From Octopus sinensis (taxonomy: Eukaryota), in contig NC_043002.1 of the NCBI RefSeq assembly GCF_006345805.1, positions 69,626,001 to 69,690,000 of the forward strand: a stretch of 64,000 nucleotides of DNA, written 5' to 3'. Below the pieces are notes generated by a model that did not search any database, was not told the origin of the DNA, and saw only the letters and a list, made by a program, of their open reading frames with translations. The number at the start of each line of letters is the position of its first letter. Within the stretch, counting starts at the first letter, position 1. The position numbers and the translations under genes were made by a program. This document shows positions 28,362-42,078 of the stretch, piece by piece.

Positions 28362-31300
28362 TATATATATATATATACACTACAACTATATGGATATGAG
28401 AGAAGCAGGAGAAAATGAGAATTTGCGTTTTTGTACGAAAAGGGAAATGACGGTGATGATGATAAGGTGAAAGAACAAAAGCTAAGGGCGAAAAACAAAG
28501 AACATAAGGTGTATATAATGAACGTACTGTATCTCCTTTAGGTCCGGCAAGTCCTTGGATTCCTGGCAAGCCTGATGGTCCGGGAGGTCCTTGTTCACCA
28601 GATTTTCCATCATATCCAGCGTTACCCTATAGCCAACAATGATATTACATTACAATCAGAATTATGTTAAGAAATCAGAATTATTTCAAATTTTGGCACA
28701 AGGCCAGCAAGTTGGGGAGGGGGTTGTCAGTTACGTCAATATCAGCACTTGGCTGGTACGTTATATTATCGGCTTCGAAAGGACGAAGGGCAAAATCGAC
28801 GTAAGCGAGATTTGAATTTAGAATGTAAAGAGTCGGAAAGTATTTTGTCCTACAAGCTAACGATTCTGCTAGCTCGTCGCTTTCTGCCAAGTCTCAATTC
28901 CAGAATTTGTAATTCTGGCAAAATGTCAGCGATTTTGAGAGAAAGGGCCTAGTCGATTACAACGACCCCAGTATCAACAGGTGCTTATTTCACCGACTCC
29001 AAAATGATGAAAAGCAAAATGAAAGTAGAAAAATATGTTGATTACAGACATATTTATAAAAGAAATTAATACCGTGATTTTGAAAAGAATGAATGCATTC
29101 AAATTATTATGTCAATATTTTTTTTTCAGTCTGTACATTTCGTCAGTTTTTCACCGTCTGTCTATATATCCATCCTTCTATTTGTTTACTTCACAGTCAT
29201 TTCTGTAGCTTTTATTTTACCTTCTTTCTTCCTGTTGTGGATTTCGAATTTAAAATAAAAATTGTAATTTACTGTGAAAATGGTTGCAAACTACTTACAG
29301 GTTCACCGGGGGCACCAATGCTACCATCTTGACCAGGTGGTCCAGAACGTCCCTAAAATGCAAACAAAACAAACGATAATAAAACGATAATAAAAAATGC
29401 AATCAATTCATCAGATCTTGATTTCATTCCGTGTATGTGTGTGTGTGTATGTGTGTGTGTGTGTGTGTGTGTAATTGGGATGGCTTTCAGATAAAAGTAG
29501 CACAAATCAGTCACTTCACAACAGGAGAGATCGTGTTGTTTTAACCCAGGTCAGTTCTAATCAAAAGATATATTCCGACCATGGCTATCACGATGTAGTG
29601 TTTATCAGGAGTTGAATAGGAACCTAAATTTCTAGAGAATAAAGTAAACGATGCTAGTTTTGCGCGGCACTTGCCATACTTATTCCGCAAGAATATCAAA
29701 AATATCAAGAAGAAAATTTCCTTAGAAATGGTCTGCACATTTTAATATGGTATAACAATACGTGGAAAACTGCCTCGTTTAATAATTCTTTCTACTTTAG
29801 GTACAAGGCCTGGAATTTTGAAGGAAGGAACGAGTCTATCATATCGACCCTAGTGCTCAGCGGGTACTTATTTTATCTACCCCAATTGATGAAAAGCAAA
29901 GTCGGCTTCAGCGACATTTAAACTCAGAGCGTAAAGTTGGAAGAAATGCCGCAAAGCAGTTTGTTCGACGCAGCAATAATTCTGCAGCACGCACCTTCTC
30001 CTATGTTTAATGGTCTTTTCTGCTATTGGCCGAAGGTTTGAAATTTGGGATGGGGGTGAACGGGATAGTCGATTGCATCGATAGCCAGCACTTGAGTGGT
30101 ACATATTTTATCGACCTCGAAATGATAAAAGGCAAAGTCAACCTCGGCGGAATTTGAACTCAGAATGTAAACACGGGCTGCTAAGCATTTTGTCCGGCCT
30201 TCTAACGTGTCTGCTAGCTCACCGCCTTGAATTAAGTTTATATTGCGAGCGAAAATTGTATCATGCACAAACCCATATTTTGTATCAGAGCCGCTCCCTC
30301 TAAATATGTACTCAAAACCGTCATTATTGGATAAAGGGAAAAATTTGTAAATTTGAAATGAATACTTACGCGTGGACCTCTTACTCCACGTGGACCTGTA
30401 CGTCCAAGATCTCCCTGGAAAATTGAAATAATTTAAATAATTATTAAAGCTTTGACATCAATAACTGTTGAAACGATAAAAAATTTAAAAAAAATTAAAA
30501 ATGCCAAAATCCAAAGGAAAACCTGAAAAATTTCTAAATCATCTAAACACAAAAAATATTATTTTCTACTCTAGGCTCAAGGCCCGAAATTTTTGAGGAG
30601 GGAGGGTCAGTCGATTAGATCGACCCCAGTGCGTAACTGGTACTTATTTAATCGACCCCGAAAGGAAGAAAGGCAAAGTCGACCACTGCGAAATTTGAAC
30701 TGAAAACGTAAAGACAGATGAAATATCGCTAAGCATTTCGCTCGGCGTGCTAACGTTTCATATTTCTTTATTGCCCACAGGGGACTAAACACAGAGGGGA
30801 CAAACAAGGACAGACAAAAAGATTAAGTCGATTACATCGACCCCAGTGCGTACCTGGTACCTATTTTATCGACCCCGAAAGGATGGGCACGCTTACGTTA
30901 AAAAACAATTTTAGAATGACTTTTTTCTGTCAAAACGCTAAATATAACTGACCAAAAAAGAAAGAATCTAACCAAGATTCAACCAAATCAAAAAATAAAC
31001 CCAAATACTAAGCGAACAAAGATGAACCATCCCACTTCTATTGCGGGCAACACACACACACACACACACACACATTCACATACCCCCCTTTTACATACAC
31101 ACATATATTCAAACAAAGTCGAGACGCTGTTTGATTTATAATTTTCAGCGTACAATTTTCATCATCCCACTACCAAGTATGACATCACCCCCTTCCTTCC
31201 TTATTCATCTATCACCCCTTCCTTTCTCATTCATAAACACAAGAGTATTATTGTAGTAGATTATCTCGGTAACCATGGGAGCTATGAAAAATACAAAGCC

Positions 31301-31866
31301 CAGCATCATCACATCTGTGTAATTTTACACGCAATTCCACCCAGCCGTTTGACCGTGAATCCCAAGACAAGAAAGAATCACCCCATTAAAAAGTGTGCAA
31401 AAATAAAAAAAAAATAAAGATAGAAAATTCATATTTACAGGTTTGCCTGCTTCTCCGCGTTCTCCGGTAATACCGCGCTCACCAGGATCTCCTGGGGCAC
31501 CTGCAAGACCTGGGAGTCCAGCGAAACCTCTAATACCTGGGAGTCCCTAGGGAAGAAAAAATGAATTTCTGAGTTCAGTATACGATTCTAAATGAATACA
31601 AAAAAGAAATGAGATTACGTGATGTTCATGCATTTCCAAACAATGCCAGTAAACATCTGAGTAGAAGTTAACACAAGACAGCTATACAAGATAAAAGAAA
31701 TATAATACTTAAAATATATTTAAATCCATGCACTAATGAATAAAGAGATTTATAAAAAGCATACTTACTCTTTCGCCAGAGCTTCCTGATGGTCCAGGGG
31801 CACCAACGGATCCGGCGGGTCCCTAATTAAAAGAAAAATATACAATTAATTTTTTAGTTATATCGG

Positions 31867-31917
<51 letters not shown>

Positions 31918-32071
31918 TAATACTGTTTCGTTATTGGTGGGATCAATGAAAGAAACCAAATGTCCTCCATCCAATAAGAGATAAATATTTAATATATGCA
32001 GGGTTATTACCAGCTTCAGAGTTACAACGGTCAGACAAGCTTTATAGCGTATCGCATATTTCTAAGCAATC

Positions 32072-32145
<74 letters not shown>

Positions 32146-35100
32146 GGGAGTATCTCTAAACGTTTACCGGTTTGCTCACAGTTACGTATTCCAAACAGGT
32201 TATTCCACGGTTAGTATATAAATCCAGTAATAATTCTTCTGTGATAAAAATTTAGAGATATATTCCGTTGGATTATTCTAGATATATTAACTTTAAACCA
32301 AATAGCTTTCCTTGGGTATTTAATATCAATAATAATATTAAGGATTATTATTGATATATATATATATAAGCACACAATTGAAGAATAGATATTAGTTTTG
32401 ATTCTGACGAAGTATCAATGCGTAAAATTTGAGTAAGTTGTCGGAAAATAGGTAGCTATGAACCGTTATGAGACGTTTCGAGCGAATTAAAAATAGAGGA
32501 TGTTGTTACGTTCATGGCGAAAGTGAAGTGAAATGGTTTATGACAACAACGGAAACTACTTACTCTCTTTCCTTCGGGTCCGGCTAAACCAGCAACTCCA
32601 GGTTCACCTGATGGACCATTTGCGCCACGAGGTCCCATTTCACCGGGAGCACCAGGTCCACCGGGAAGTCCCTATATGTGAAAAGAAAAAAGATGACTTT
32701 TTAAGAAACATTATCATATTTGGTTATTTGCATGTCTGTGCGTGCAGATGGGGAAGGAGTCTTGTACGTGTGTGCATTGCTTTTTCTGGCATGTGTTTGG
32801 TAATTAGCCAGTAAAAGAGGTATGTACGACTATGCATAATATTATTTTCTACTCTAGGCACAAGGTCCAACATTTTTGGGGAGGGGTCCAATCAATAAGA
32901 TCGACTCCAGTACGCAAATGGTACTTAATTTATCGAAAGGATGAAAGGCAAAGTCGAACGCGGCGGAATTTGAACTCAAAACGTAAAGACAGACGAAATA
33001 CTTATTTCTTTACTACCCACAAGGGCTAAAGACAGAGAAGACAAACAAGGACAGACAGACGGATTAAGTCGATTACATCGACCCCAGTGCGTAACAGGTA
33101 CTTAATTTATCGACCCCGAAAGGATGAAAGACAAAGTCAACCTCGGCGGAATTTGAACTCAGAACGTAGCGGCAGACGAAATACCGCTAAGCATTTCGCC
33201 CGGCGTGCTAACGTTTCTGCCAGGTTCTACTAAGTTATGCGTTTACGTTCATACGCATGAATCAACGTCTGATTTAGTCACATCATTATGAAAGTGTGTG
33301 AAAATGTGCATGTGCATTATTGTTTGTTTGATTGCATGTATATGTAAGTATGATAGAGAAAAAGAGAGAGAGGGAGAGAGAGAGAGAGAGAGAGACAGAG
33401 ATTATCATATGGAGTGAGCGAATGTTAACATCTTGTTAAACAAAATTTCTGTATGGGATATTACCTCACTATTATGCATGACTGTGTGTATGTATTATCG
33501 TCTCGTTGGCATGTGAAAGTGTAAAAAAAACAACTCTTTATTCATATTGAGACAGTCTACTTACAGTATCACCTTTCTCTCCGGGAGTTCCAGCGTTGCC
33601 GCTTGAGCCACTTGGTCCTTGAGGTCCGGGGAAACCTGGTCCTCCACTTGGTCCGACAGATCCCTGTAATGTAATGGAATGAAAGATCAATAATCTGTAT
33701 TTGGATCAAATTGGTCGTGAATATGTTTGGCACAAGATCAGCAATTTCAGGGGAAGGGAGACAGTAAGTTACATCAAATCAGCATTCAACTGGTACATGT
33801 TGTATCGACCCCGAATAGATGGAAAGTATAGTCGACCTTGGCGGAATTTGAACTCAGAACGCGCAGACGGACGAAATGCTGCTAGGCATTTTGCCCGGCG
33901 TACTAATGATTCTGCAAGCTCGCCGTCTTAAGAAAACTTTATATTACCGGGAACGTATGAGTTAAGGGCTTACTAACAATCTGAAAACAAGCATGGTCAT
34001 TTGGGACAATTTTATACTTTAAACTGGCAAACAGGTAAAGGGGACATTTCCTTTTTATTCTTAGAGGTATTAAGTAAAGTATAATGGAATTGTAGCCCGG
34101 TGTCGTAGTGTTCAATTTGACACCCAATACTTTTTGAAATACTCTTTTCTTTTTATGATTGTTGAGTGCAGAAATATCAACTTACACGGTCTCCTTTAGC
34201 TCCAGACTCTCCAGCTTCTCCTGGTTGACCAGGGGCTCCAGCTGGGCCAGTTGAGCCTGGAATTCCGTTTTCTCCGCGTGGGCCGGCAGCACCTTGACTT
34301 CCACGAGCACCAGCTAAACCAGCATCTCCCTAAGGAATTACATGAATAACAATTACAAGAGTTAACAATCTTAAAGTATTTAAAATAGCTTAAAGGTTTA
34401 AATTTAACAGACACACACACAAATAAATATGAAATAACGTTCATAATATCAATTTTCTTTTCAGGAAATAATTGTATTGGCTGAGATTTCTCGTATGGTA
34501 AAGAGTCAATTTTGGTTTCATTGTGTTTGAACTCGTTCCAATATAAGTCTAGTTCTTCCCTTCTGTTTTTGCCTTTCTTATTTTACCCACCACGCCGTCC
34601 ATTCCTATCTTTCTCTCGTTTTCTCCTGTTTTTCTTATTTTCTTCTTTTACCATCGAGTTTATTGTGTGATATATCGAATATCATACAAACTATTACAGC
34701 TGTATATCTAGTAATCCTTTCTATGATAGAAATACCAAAAAAACACTTTGTTTTATTGTTATTTGAAGTCAACTTGGCGAAACTAACATATAGTTGTGGT
34801 TAATCCATAACGTTACACACAACGACGAGCTATAAGCCTAATAATGGATTCTAATAACATCCAATTTGGTTGCGTCGTTAACAGTTATGTGTTTGCCGCA
34901 GAGCTGCTGACGTAAAACAAGGTTCTACATCTGATAGTCCGGTATCCTGTCTGTTTGTTGTTCTGTAGAAGTAGACATTTATCGTATTTCAATTAGTTAT
35001 TAAACGTCAACACAATTACAAAGTTGAAAACCTCATATTTATTTGTTGAAACCGGTATGGAAATTCGGTAAACTGTTGTATACTAACCTTAGCTCCAGCA

Positions 35101-38100
35101 ATTCCTGGGAATCCAGGAGCACCGGGTGGTCCAATAGGTCCTGAGGGTCCTGGTGGGCCAACCTGTCCATCGTTTCCACGAATACCCTAAAAGAGATCAA
35201 TATAAATATAATTACATCTATATATATACATAAGCATGTGTGCGTTCGTATGAACGTTTGAAATTTATTAGCGCGAATGTGTGTTTGTAGGTTTATGTGT
35301 GTATAAACAAATATTGTCTGAAGCATTTGAGTTCCATTAAATAGATTCTACAGAATTAATATTTCAAATAAATGCTTACGGGAGCTCCAGCTGGTCCATC
35401 ACGTCCACGTTCTCCGGAAGGACCACGACCTCCTTGGGGTCCGGGAGCACCAGGAGCACCAGAGGGTCCAGTTTCACCTTTTGCACCAGCCTGACCGTCG
35501 CTACCACCCTTTCCTGGGCGTCCGTTCATACCCTGATTAAATAGTAAAAGATTTAGAAGATGAAGTCAGAAGTCTCTTTCAACGAAGAAAGATAAATAAT
35601 TGAAGGAATGTTTCAGAGAAGTCATTTTTAGAAAATCACTGAAGAATGTCAACTTACACGATGTCCTTTTGGTCCTGGGAGTCCAGGGATGCCGTTCATT
35701 CCGCGGGATCCCTATATGAAAGAAAGAAAACGACTATTAATTTCAAAAACAAATGATTTCATTGTTGTTACTAACGACAATGTTAACAACAACAACGACG
35801 ACGACGATGACAATTGTAAAATAAGAATTAACTTTGGATCAGCTTTCAAGATGAAGTCCAGTGTATAGGCAGACGGGTTCACATCTGTGCGCCATTTGCG
35901 GTTACACGGATGAAGTGCATTACAACAGAGTGAGTGCGAACGTCTGAAAATCAGCGATAAAGATTCTAAATACGAATTAGCGATCGGGGGAAAAATAGCG
36001 ATGTCAACGACGATGCCGCATAGAACTGCGCGTACAACGACATTGGTAAAGATGTTAATTTTCATCATCATTATCACCACCACCACCATCACCTTGTTAT
36101 AGATTAACATTAATCTGTTCTACTCGAGGCACAAGGCACGAAATTTTGGGGTCGGAAGCCAGTTGATTAGATCGACTCCTGTATGCAACTGCTACTTAAT
36201 TTATCGACCCCCGAAATTATGAAAGGCAAAATCGACCTCGGCAGAATTTGAACTCAGACAGACGAAACACCGCTAAGCATTTCGCCCCGCATACTAACGT
36301 TTCTTATTTCTTTATTGCTCACAAGGGGCTAAACATAGAGGGGACAAACAAGGACAGACAAAGGTATTAAGTCGATTACATCGACTCCAGTGTGCCACTG
36401 GTACTTAATTTATCGACCCCCGAAAGGATGAGAGGCAAAGTCGAACTCAGAACGTAAAGATAGACGAAATACCGCTATGCATTTCGCCTGACATGATAAC
36501 GCTTCTGCCAGCTCGCTGCCTTAATAGATTAACATTAATGCGAAGAATATATGTACAAAATATCATGCATTCGCATACGAACATACGCGTATATATAAAT
36601 GTGAATGTCTATGTTTTATTCTTTGGGTTTTATTTAAGTCTTTAAGAGAGTTCAAGCCGGTCGCTAACAAAGCGACAACACTCTTTAAGATAAGTGAGTC
36701 CCCGGTATTTTAAAACACGTGGTTGAGTTGGATTATTGGTTGAACTGTCGATGCGTTCACCCAAGTATGTGCATCTATTCAAATAAGAATCTCAGATGGA
36801 AAAGTTTTAGAATGTCTTACAAATCTTCACTGTGCCACTGATAGATTGAATTTACAGAATCCGCATCAGTTTCTTTTGCTCTTTCTTTCGTGAAACCGGG
36901 TATTTCTTAGTTTTATGCATATTTCTTAGTTTTATGCATATTTTTTGGTACATAACCCAATGCACCTACGATGATGGATACGAAGGAGAATTTATAGTCA
37001 GGGTACAAGAGCTGTATATGTTTATAAAAGTATGTGTGAAGTACATTTATATACTTACGCCTGCTCCTGGAAGTCCACGAGCTCCAGGTTCACCATCACG
37101 TCCATCTTCACCCTGAAATAAAATGAAAATTAGGTTTAATTGTTTACAATACTTCGCTTTCTTTCACATTCTCCCATTTTTCGTTTTGTCTTTAAATTCT
37201 TTAACCATTTTCACTCTTTTTGCTGGTCGTATTCCTCATATCATTTTTTAAAATATATCTTTTCATCACAAATTCTCCATGTCTTTGTTTATTTGTCGCT
37301 ATTTAAAGCAAGAAAGACGTGTGGAAATTTAAGTTGCTTATAAAACTAACGCTTAAGTGACGTACCGGTATCGTTCCCTCATTCTGGTCACTCATAATCG
37401 TAGCTGTAATTGTTAAGGCATAGACGAGCCCTGAGGTAAACAGACTTATGAGAACCAGTGATTCGGCTGCAAAAATGTATCGACTTTTCTATTCTTTTAA
37501 AAAAATTTTGCAGACATGATGTTAAGAAGATATCTAGATAAGTGATTCGGGCCAAGTCAACGGGTCTGTTTATTTACTCACCTCTTTTATTCTATAACGC
37601 AATAGTGATTTGATGCCTTAGTGCAAGCTTCGAACCAAGCTATAGAAGACGCATATGCTAAAATATCGTTCCCAAGTATTCTAATGATATGGCGATGTAT
37701 GTACCCATAACACGTTTTTTTTATTTTGGTTTATATACAGGGTGAGTGATCAAAAAGTATCGGGACTGTTGCTATGGTAACAGAGCTAAAGTATGCAAAC
37801 TGGAGCAGCTTGGCACAGACAGACCGTGAGCTCTGTCGTGCATACGCACTAAGTTATAACGTCCTCGCTGTCTTCCGTTGTTTATAGCAGTGATTAGAAG
37901 TAAATTACGTAGAGTGTCATCGGTTTAAGATAAAAAAAAATTGAAATATCGGTTTTCAGCTGCGCCGGATTTCTTTGATTTGGGTTGAGGAAAACGAACA
38001 CTTTTTGAAAACGGTCATAACAGGTGTCGAACCGTGGGTCTGTGGTTATGATTCCCGAAACCAAGGCAAAAATCAAATCCCACTTGAAAGGAACATGATT

Positions 38101-40464
38101 TCATGATGTCGAGAAAACCCAAGATAATCCGTCTAGGCAGATGCTCGCTGTCTCCAAGTTCTAGAAATGCATCCATCAATGGAAATGATGTTGGATATAG
38201 TGTGTAGCTTCAGAAGGGGACTACTTCGAAGGAGATTAAAGGCTGAATTGATATGTGATGTAGTTTTCTTTTTATATCGCAAGTCCCGATACTTTTTGAT
38301 CGGGCCTCGAGTATTTTTCCATTCCAGAGGACGGCTGTTATATAGTGTTAACGTGTATATTTCTTGTACCAACTGACACATTTTGGTTATCATTTCTATC
38401 ATCTGTCATATCAACTTTACTATAGAACACATTGGAAAAAATTATTAAAGATAGATTTTATAGAATTTTAGCTGTTATATCTACGATGTAGTCTACCATG
38501 GCTACATGATATCTTTCTCGCTGACTCATATGATCAAGGATTCATATAGTAAATATTTCCACCACGAACTGCACTCTATTTTCTGATTCCTTCCGCTTTC
38601 CTAGCAGACATCCTTTTGGGTATTCTCAACATATGGAAAACATTTTTTGTTGTTATTTTAAATAACGATACGTAAATATGATGAGTTAATTTATATCTTA
38701 CGTTGTTTCCGGCAAGTCCACTAGGTCCAGGGGGTCCACGAGGTCCAGGTGATCCCTATAAATAAATAAAACATTTTAAAAATACATAATATTGGATAAA
38801 TATGTTATATAAAAGTGTGTGTATGTATGTGTGTGTGTGTAAATTTTCAAATCGAAATGTATTTTAAAATTCAATTTTAAGATGTATGAGACATTCAGAA
38901 GTACTTACGGGTGGTCCGGGCTCTCCTGGGGCTCCACGTGGTCCTAAGTATCCTTGGGGTCCCTGGGGGTAAGAGGGAACAAAGATAAGTTAAAGCATAT
39001 ATAAAATAGTGTGTTTATGTCTGTGAATGTGTACGTGTACAACTTAAAAGAACATAAATTGTTTAAGGATTGTGTAGTAACACCCCCCTTTGTGATTAGC
39101 CATATTGAGATGGCTATTATGCTTTACATTGTCGAGCGGTTACCGTTTACATCTCGCTCTGAGATTTAATAATGTTTAAGGATTAAAATACATAAAAATT
39201 TGCGAAACAGACCGTGCTAATTCATTGAATCTTCGTATTTGAGTTTCTTTCTTTTTATGTATTCATTAATATTTACATATATTTCCAGCATTTTTTTTCT
39301 AGAAATAGAATCCCTTATTTGTTGCAATACTTACGGGTGGTCCTGGAGGTCCATTGCTACCACGTGGTCCTGGATATCCAGCACTGTAACTTGGGCCAGG
39401 TCTTGCCATGCCTTGTCCTTTATCGTCATAGCCGCCTCCAGTGTAAGGGGGTTGTCCTTGGACCTGATTTTAGAAAAAAAAAATTAAAGACATTTTTTAA
39501 ATAGTTCATAAAACTCGTTGATATATATGAAAGAAAAGAGTTAAAGATTTAGTCATCAATATAATTGTAACAGTGGAGGCGCGTGGCTTAGTGGTTAGGG
39601 CGTCAGCATCATGATCGTAAGATTGTGGTTTCGATTCCTGGACCGGGCGACGCGTTGTGTTCTTGAGCAAAACACTGCATTTCACGTTGCTCCAGTCCAC
39701 TCAGCTGGCAAAAATGAGTAACGCTGCGATAGACTGGCGTCCCGTCCAGCTGGGGAACACATACGCCATTGAAACCGGGAAACCGGGCCCATGAGCCTGC
39801 TAGGCTTTAAAAGGGTGCATTTATTTTATTTTTATAATTGTAACAGCCAGGTGGCTGGTGTTAGATATTTAGCAGTGCATCATGGGAATGTACTGTTAAG
39901 TCGAATTACTATGTGGTTAAACGAGCGTGGACAGGGTAGACGATCAGAGAAAAGATAGGAATTTAATAGTGACTGAGAGGGAGAAGAACAATATAGGGGT
40001 AAGGTTAAGATAAAGAAAAGCAGAAAGAGTGAGAAAGAAACAGAGAAAGAGTGAGTGTGTTGGGGTGGGAGAAAAAGTTATGGTGTCTGTATCTTAAAAT
40101 ATAAAATTCAACTTACACCATTGGGTGAATCAGCTTCAACCTGTGGTCCGGAAAATATGGGAGAGAAGAAAAAAAAGAAGAGACAATTTATTGATTATAG
40201 TTTCTCTCTGTGTTAACGTGTGATAACGGAAAATATATAAATGAAGAGAATAATAGGATAGTGGAATAAATAGATATGCGGAATAAATGAATGAATGGTT
40301 ATGCACATGAGTTATTACGGAATGAAATAATGAATGAATCGATCTGTTAATGAGTATAGGTTATAAAGAACTGAAGGAATATCTGAATGACTATGTCAAC
40401 GAAATAATGATGCAAAGGAATAAACAAATAGAAGATTAAAGGAATGGCTGATTGGATATAAAAA

Positions 40465-40497
<33 letters not shown>

Positions 40498-41039
40498 TTT
40501 TCTATTTGTATTCCATTTTCAAAATATCTTTCTTGGTAATATGTTCATTTTATTTTCCATATATATAAATATATATATATGTATATATATATATATATGG
40601 AAAATAAATGAAAGAATAGAAGTAATCATAATAATAATAATTATTATTTCAAACTTTTACTTACATATATATATATATATGTATGTATATATATATATAT
40701 ATAGAAAATAAATGAAAGAATAGAAGTAATCAAAATAATAATAATTATTATTTCAAACTTTTACTTACATCGTCGTTGTCCCTGGTGCCTACTGGCTGTA
40801 AAGATTGGAAAATAAAAGAAGATATTAACAAGAAAGATATTTTGAAAATGGAATACAAATAGAAAATTGTGTGTGTGTGTGTGTGTGTGAGTTATTTTAC
40901 TGAGTAACATGAGGAGTGACACGAATTTCAGAGTACTGTCAATCTAAAATTTCAATTTTTTAAAAAATATTTATTGAAATAACTGTGTATTCAATATAGC
41001 CAGTCTCTTTTCTTTTTTCATATACTGTGTATCGTGTAT

Positions 41040-41137
<98 letters not shown>

Positions 41138-41607
41138 GTGTGTGCAATAGATTCTTGAATAAGGAAATGATGGTAGAAAGTATGGTTACGTAGTTTGAAA
41201 TGAAAATATTGGTAAAGACTTTCGGGTGGGTGGTCAGTGTTTAGGAAAGGAGTCAGGATAAGAGGAAAAAGAAGAGGAAATGAGAGCAAAAAAAAAAAGA
41301 TACAATAAATATGTCCAATTCTTACCGCATCTTCATTTGCTGCAAAAGATAAAAAATAAAAAGAATGGTTAATAAAGGCATTGAATGGCGAAGTTATATG
41401 TGTATATGTGCGTTTGGAATGAAAGGATGTTGGAATGAAAGGATGTTGGAATGAAAGGATGTTGGAATGAAAGGATGTTTGTGCATATAAACGTTTGTTT
41501 ATTTTCTGTTTATATTAGAGAATATCTATTGATGATGCATATGTCAATGATCGCATGTTAAACTCTACATACTTGTCTCCCTTTTCTTCCTCCCCATATA
41601 TATATAT

Positions 41608-41639
<32 letters not shown>

Positions 41640-41710
41640 ATTATAGACAGCAGTCTACAATGTTTTAAATAAAAAGGAAAGCTGTAATTGTCACTAAATA
41701 TGACTATATA

Positions 41711-41753
<43 letters not shown>

Positions 41754-42033
41754 GATGCGCAATGGCCCAGTGGTTAGGGCAGCAGACTCGCGGTCGGAGG
41801 ATTCCCAGACCGGGCGTTGTGTGTGTTTATTGAACAAAAACACCTAACGAGCTCCGGCAGGGGGTGGGGTGACCCCTGTTGTACTCTTTCGCCACAACTT
41901 TCTCTCACTCTCTTTTCCTGTTTCTTGAGTAACGCTGTGATGGACTTGCGTCCCGTCCAGCTGGGGGGAACACATACGCCACAGAAACCGGGAAACCGGG
42001 CCCATGAGCCTGGCTAGGCTTGAAAAGGGCGAC

Positions 42034-42078
<45 letters not shown>

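Noticed and set aside
39574-39650. tRNA-like sequence
   Set aside because: It is a SINE head: no proper cloverleaf, it continues into a SINE body, and it is flanked by a TSD.
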